Shown here: positions 60,656 through 64,000 of the stretch, one piece after another
How the letters are laid out: every line of letters begins with the position of its first letter
Numbering within the stretch: position 1 is the first letter of the stretch
Origin: Camelus ferus
Taxonomy: Eukaryota
DNA length: 64,000 nucleotides
Assembly: GCF_009834535.1 (NCBI RefSeq)
Contig: NC_045696.1
Span: 84,508,001 to 84,572,000, forward strand
Direction: 5' to 3'
Notes under the pieces: generated by a model
What the model was told of the DNA's origin: nothing
Database searches by the model: none
Seen by the model: the letters and a program-made list of their open reading frames with translations, nothing else
Program-made: the position numbers and the translations under genes

Positions 60656-62139
60656 CTAATACCCTGGATACTAAAGTTGATTTACGTGCACAGGGCTACA
60701 GAAAACAGTACTGCCCTTAGCTTTAGAATAACTTTAATGAAGTATGTTCTTTCAGGTGATATGTTCTTTTTCTTTGATATGGGGTGAACTGTTTTCAAAC
60801 CAGTGTTCTTTAGGAGTGGATTTGTACATTCTCTTACAACGCTAAACACATGTCTAGGAACGTTGGTGGTGAAGGTGATGGTAGTACTATGGTCCATCAA
60901 AGCCACTTACAGTGTGAACCACTGCTTCTTGATGAGCAAACAGAGGTTCCAGAAAACATTTAGATCAACTATTTGGTCCATGTTTCTGGGGGTAAGTGTG
61001 AGGAAACAAGATGTGTTTGAGTGACTGCAGGATCAGTCATTGTGCTTCCATTTTAATAAACTCAAGCTGGCTTCTCACACAGTTTAAGAGCAGAAGAATC
61101 TTACTGACATGCCCTCCCAAGTGTTCACTCAAGGATGTTTGCTAAAATGACAAAGAATGACCCATAAATGTTCTCTTTCTGTTAACTATCGCATTCTCTA
61201 TGTCCCCATGATCCTTCTAGAACCTACAACTCAAATTTTCCTTCTGAAGTCCAGCATTTGAGAAGTCTCTAGATAGGCTTTATATTTGTAAATTTTCATG
61301 GGCTTCCACGTGAGCTGTGAACTTAATCGTCTTATCCTCCATTTGTTTCAGTAGTTACATCTAGCAGAGGGAGCACTTCCTATGCAAAACAGGTGTTTGT
61401 GGGTGGGAGAGGAAGGGTGGGAGATTGAAATCAGTGTGGTGGTTAGAAAAATTCTCAATAAAAGTATCTGCTTAGGGTAGTGGTTTGTTTACTTCTTTTG
61501 GTTGTGTTAAAGATCCAAAGAAGAAGAAAATACTACATTGGTTAATTTCTTCACAACATCTCTTGTTAAGCCTCCAGATAATATTCATATAATCCCTTTT
61601 CCTTTTGCCCTTACTATGATAAAAGATGATTAGTCACCATTGTATTCATTCTGCATAAAACAGACATGACCAAGGTCTGTTTTATAGTCCCTGGATTTTC
61701 TGAGAGTTGCAGTGAGTATTAAAAAAAAAAAAAATCACAACTAAATTTGTAGGACATTCCAGTATATAGCAAAAAAGAATATATTTTTAGAACATTTCTT
61801 TTCACATCTAAGAAAAATGGATTTTTAGACAAAACTTGAACAAATGAACTTATTTTTCTATATCTAAAACAAAACAAAAACATATCTATGATGGCAGCTC
61901 AGTTGAGGTTTTTTTTTCATATGTTATTATAATTCTGGTGTAACTCTTTAGCTAGAATATAGAATAATATAACTTATTGTGAAGTCATGTCTCTCAGAGC
62001 AACCTAAAAAAACTTAGTAAGTCAAAGTCGAAAGCTGGTGATAATTATAATACCCCACAGTGTTATAAGATTTCTAGCCAAATATATTGACAAGAAAAAA
62101 TTTTCATTTTTATTTATTTTTTATATTTTGCACTTTACA

Positions 62140-62274
62140 TTTTTTTTTTTTTAATTTTAGGAAAGAGTATACTAAGGTTACCTATTCATTTATTTTTAAT
62201 GGCGGTACTAGGGATTGAACCCACGACTTTGTGTACACTAAGCATGCGCTCTACCACTTGAGCTATACCTCCCC
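62140..62274 (-). mobile_element. Camelid-type tRNA-derived SINE (Vic-like)
   Basis: Minus strand GGGGAGGTATAGCTCAAGTGGTAGAGCGCATGCTTAGTGTACACAAAGTCGTGGGTTCAATCCCTAGTACCGCCA with Pol III A box (TAGCTCAAGTGG) and B box (GGTTCAATCCC), then an AT-rich tail and poly(A); possible attttt TSD. Confidence 0.88.
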
Positions 62275-64000
62275 ATTTTTAATTTTTTATTAGCTTTGAA
62301 CTAAACTTTTTCCCTCTGACCTCAGTTTTGAAGCAAGAACCAGCTAAAAGCAAAACAAATCTCAAGCCTATGTTCATTGTACTCTCATTAACTTTTATAA
62401 ATCCAATCAACAAATTTGTGAATGCACTATTTAAACTCTATAATAATCTACATGAGATGCTTAATTACTTATTTCTAAGGACTCTATACTATTTTCAGGG
62501 CTTAAAAACTTATTTTGTGTCCAGAGGAGATCATTACTAAATTATATATTATCAATATTTAGAAATATAAAATTAAAAATACATATTCACTTGCTTCCAG
62601 AAATGTTATTTCCCTCATGTGTACAGACAGTTAAGTCATTATGACATTATAACAAGATTAGTGGGATAGATGAACCAGAACAGCCTCCTAGGTACCAGAA
62701 AACTGCCACATGGCAAAAAAGGAAGACAGCTTTTTTCTAATGACAAGAGTAATGAACTTCTTTATTAACTATTGCTGAAAGTTGGAGTAGAAGCACTACG
62801 ACTGATTTCTTAAAATTAAGTACATTTCATGACCTTCCTTATCTTCCAAAATTTAAAAATGGATAATATGAGTATTTTTCTCTTATTAAAAATGGTAAAG
62901 ATAGAGAGAGTGATAGAGGTAAGGAAAGAGATACATATTTACGTTCTTAACGCAAACAGGAAGCCAGGGTCTTCAGGCTGCAGGGACGCTGCCTGATTTC
63001 CTCACTTTTAAATGGCTACAGAACAGCAGCTCTGAAAAGTCAAAATTTGGGTTTTTTCTTGTTTTCTTTTCTATCACTGAGATTATGGTTAAGGATGTTA
63101 AAGTTGTGTCTATTGCAAAGACTCAGATTCCTGGATTCTTCTACTTGATTTTCCAAGAGTAAATTTAAAAATGTATCTGCCATGCTATATCCTCAAATGA
63201 CTCAAAGTTAGAAACCAAAACATACTCTGAATATTCTGTTAGAATTGAATATAACCACTTAATCTATCTTAAGACAGCACTTGGAATCTGGAGCATCCCC
63301 ATTCTAAGGAAATTATACTGAGAAAAAGCTAATGGAAAAATATCCACTATTAGGAGATAGCTTCAGTAATTTATGTTATAGCTATATAATTAAATATATT
63401 TTAAGCATTGAAACTTATGATTTTGGGAAAAAAGAGAGACATTGAAAGTTTTTTACAAATTCTGTGAAAAACAAGAAAATAATATAAATAGAAAAATTAG
63501 CAAAAGACATACTCCATAATATTAAGACTAAATATCTCTTAGGTTGCTGAATTTTGATGATGTAGTATTATTTATATTGTGGTGAACATCCAAGTATTCT
63601 ATACTTAGAGAATTTTCATTTTTATTAACATAAAATTACTACTTCAACAAGAGAAGCAACACTTGCTAAAATACAGGATAGAATCCATAGGAAAGCAGAG
63701 GTTAGAGAGTGGGTTCATGGGAAACACATGCTGTGTCTGAGGATTGTGGCTGATTTCACATGGCCAAAGACCTTGTCAGTCAGAACGACTCTTGAGGTCA
63801 TGGGGATGCACAAGTGTCTGTATTTCCACCCATTGCCATCTGCAAAGCTGAAGAGATAGACTGAGGTAAACTGTCTTGACTAAATCTGTTTGTCTAACTC
63901 ACACATTGTATATACTCACATTGTGTATACAATGTGTGAATAACCCAGAGAGAAATTATCTTTTTTTTAGGCATAATTTGTAAGAGTTGGTGATTTCACG

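Noticed and set aside
60754..60991. Plus-strand exon candidate (ttctttcag| ... GGG|gtaagt)
   Set aside because: No recognisable peptide and no supporting context; such splice-like pairs are expected by chance in 64 kb
62200..62274. tRNA gene
   Set aside because: The tRNA-like head runs into a SINE tail and poly(A), and the stems are degenerate; it is a SINE
1..64000. CRISPR array, operon or prokaryotic defence system
   Set aside because: No regularly spaced repeats or dense ORFs; composition and repeats are mammalian

Overview
AT-rich, CpG-depleted, repeat-dense mammalian nuclear DNA (intergenic or deep intronic). It is very probably from a camelid (camel, llama or alpaca): a tRNA-derived SINE at 62140-62274 matches the camelid SINE pattern as I recall it, and the youngest L1 has a cetartiodactyl-type 3' UTR. 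I could not recognise any intact protein-coding gene, RNA gene or CRISPR array. The supplied ORFs are chance frames or decayed L1/ERV coding sequence. The window is mostly fossil transposable elements (MIR, L2, L1M, MLT1, ERVL and ERV1 LTRs, hAT MITEs), often nested. Most notable: (1) a minus-strand non-autonomous ERV1-type provirus (about 15.9-19.25 kb) with PBS, gag matrix relic and PPT, whose two LTRs are not homologous; (2) a compact STAT/AP-1/GC-box cluster with a downstream splice donor at 33.9-34.4 kb; (3) a CpG-enriched candidate exon at 32567-32670; (4) several motif-dense or palindromic unique stretches. I found no evidence for a wholly new biological system. Repeat family names come from recalled consensus sequences, not a database search, and boundaries of old elements are approximate.
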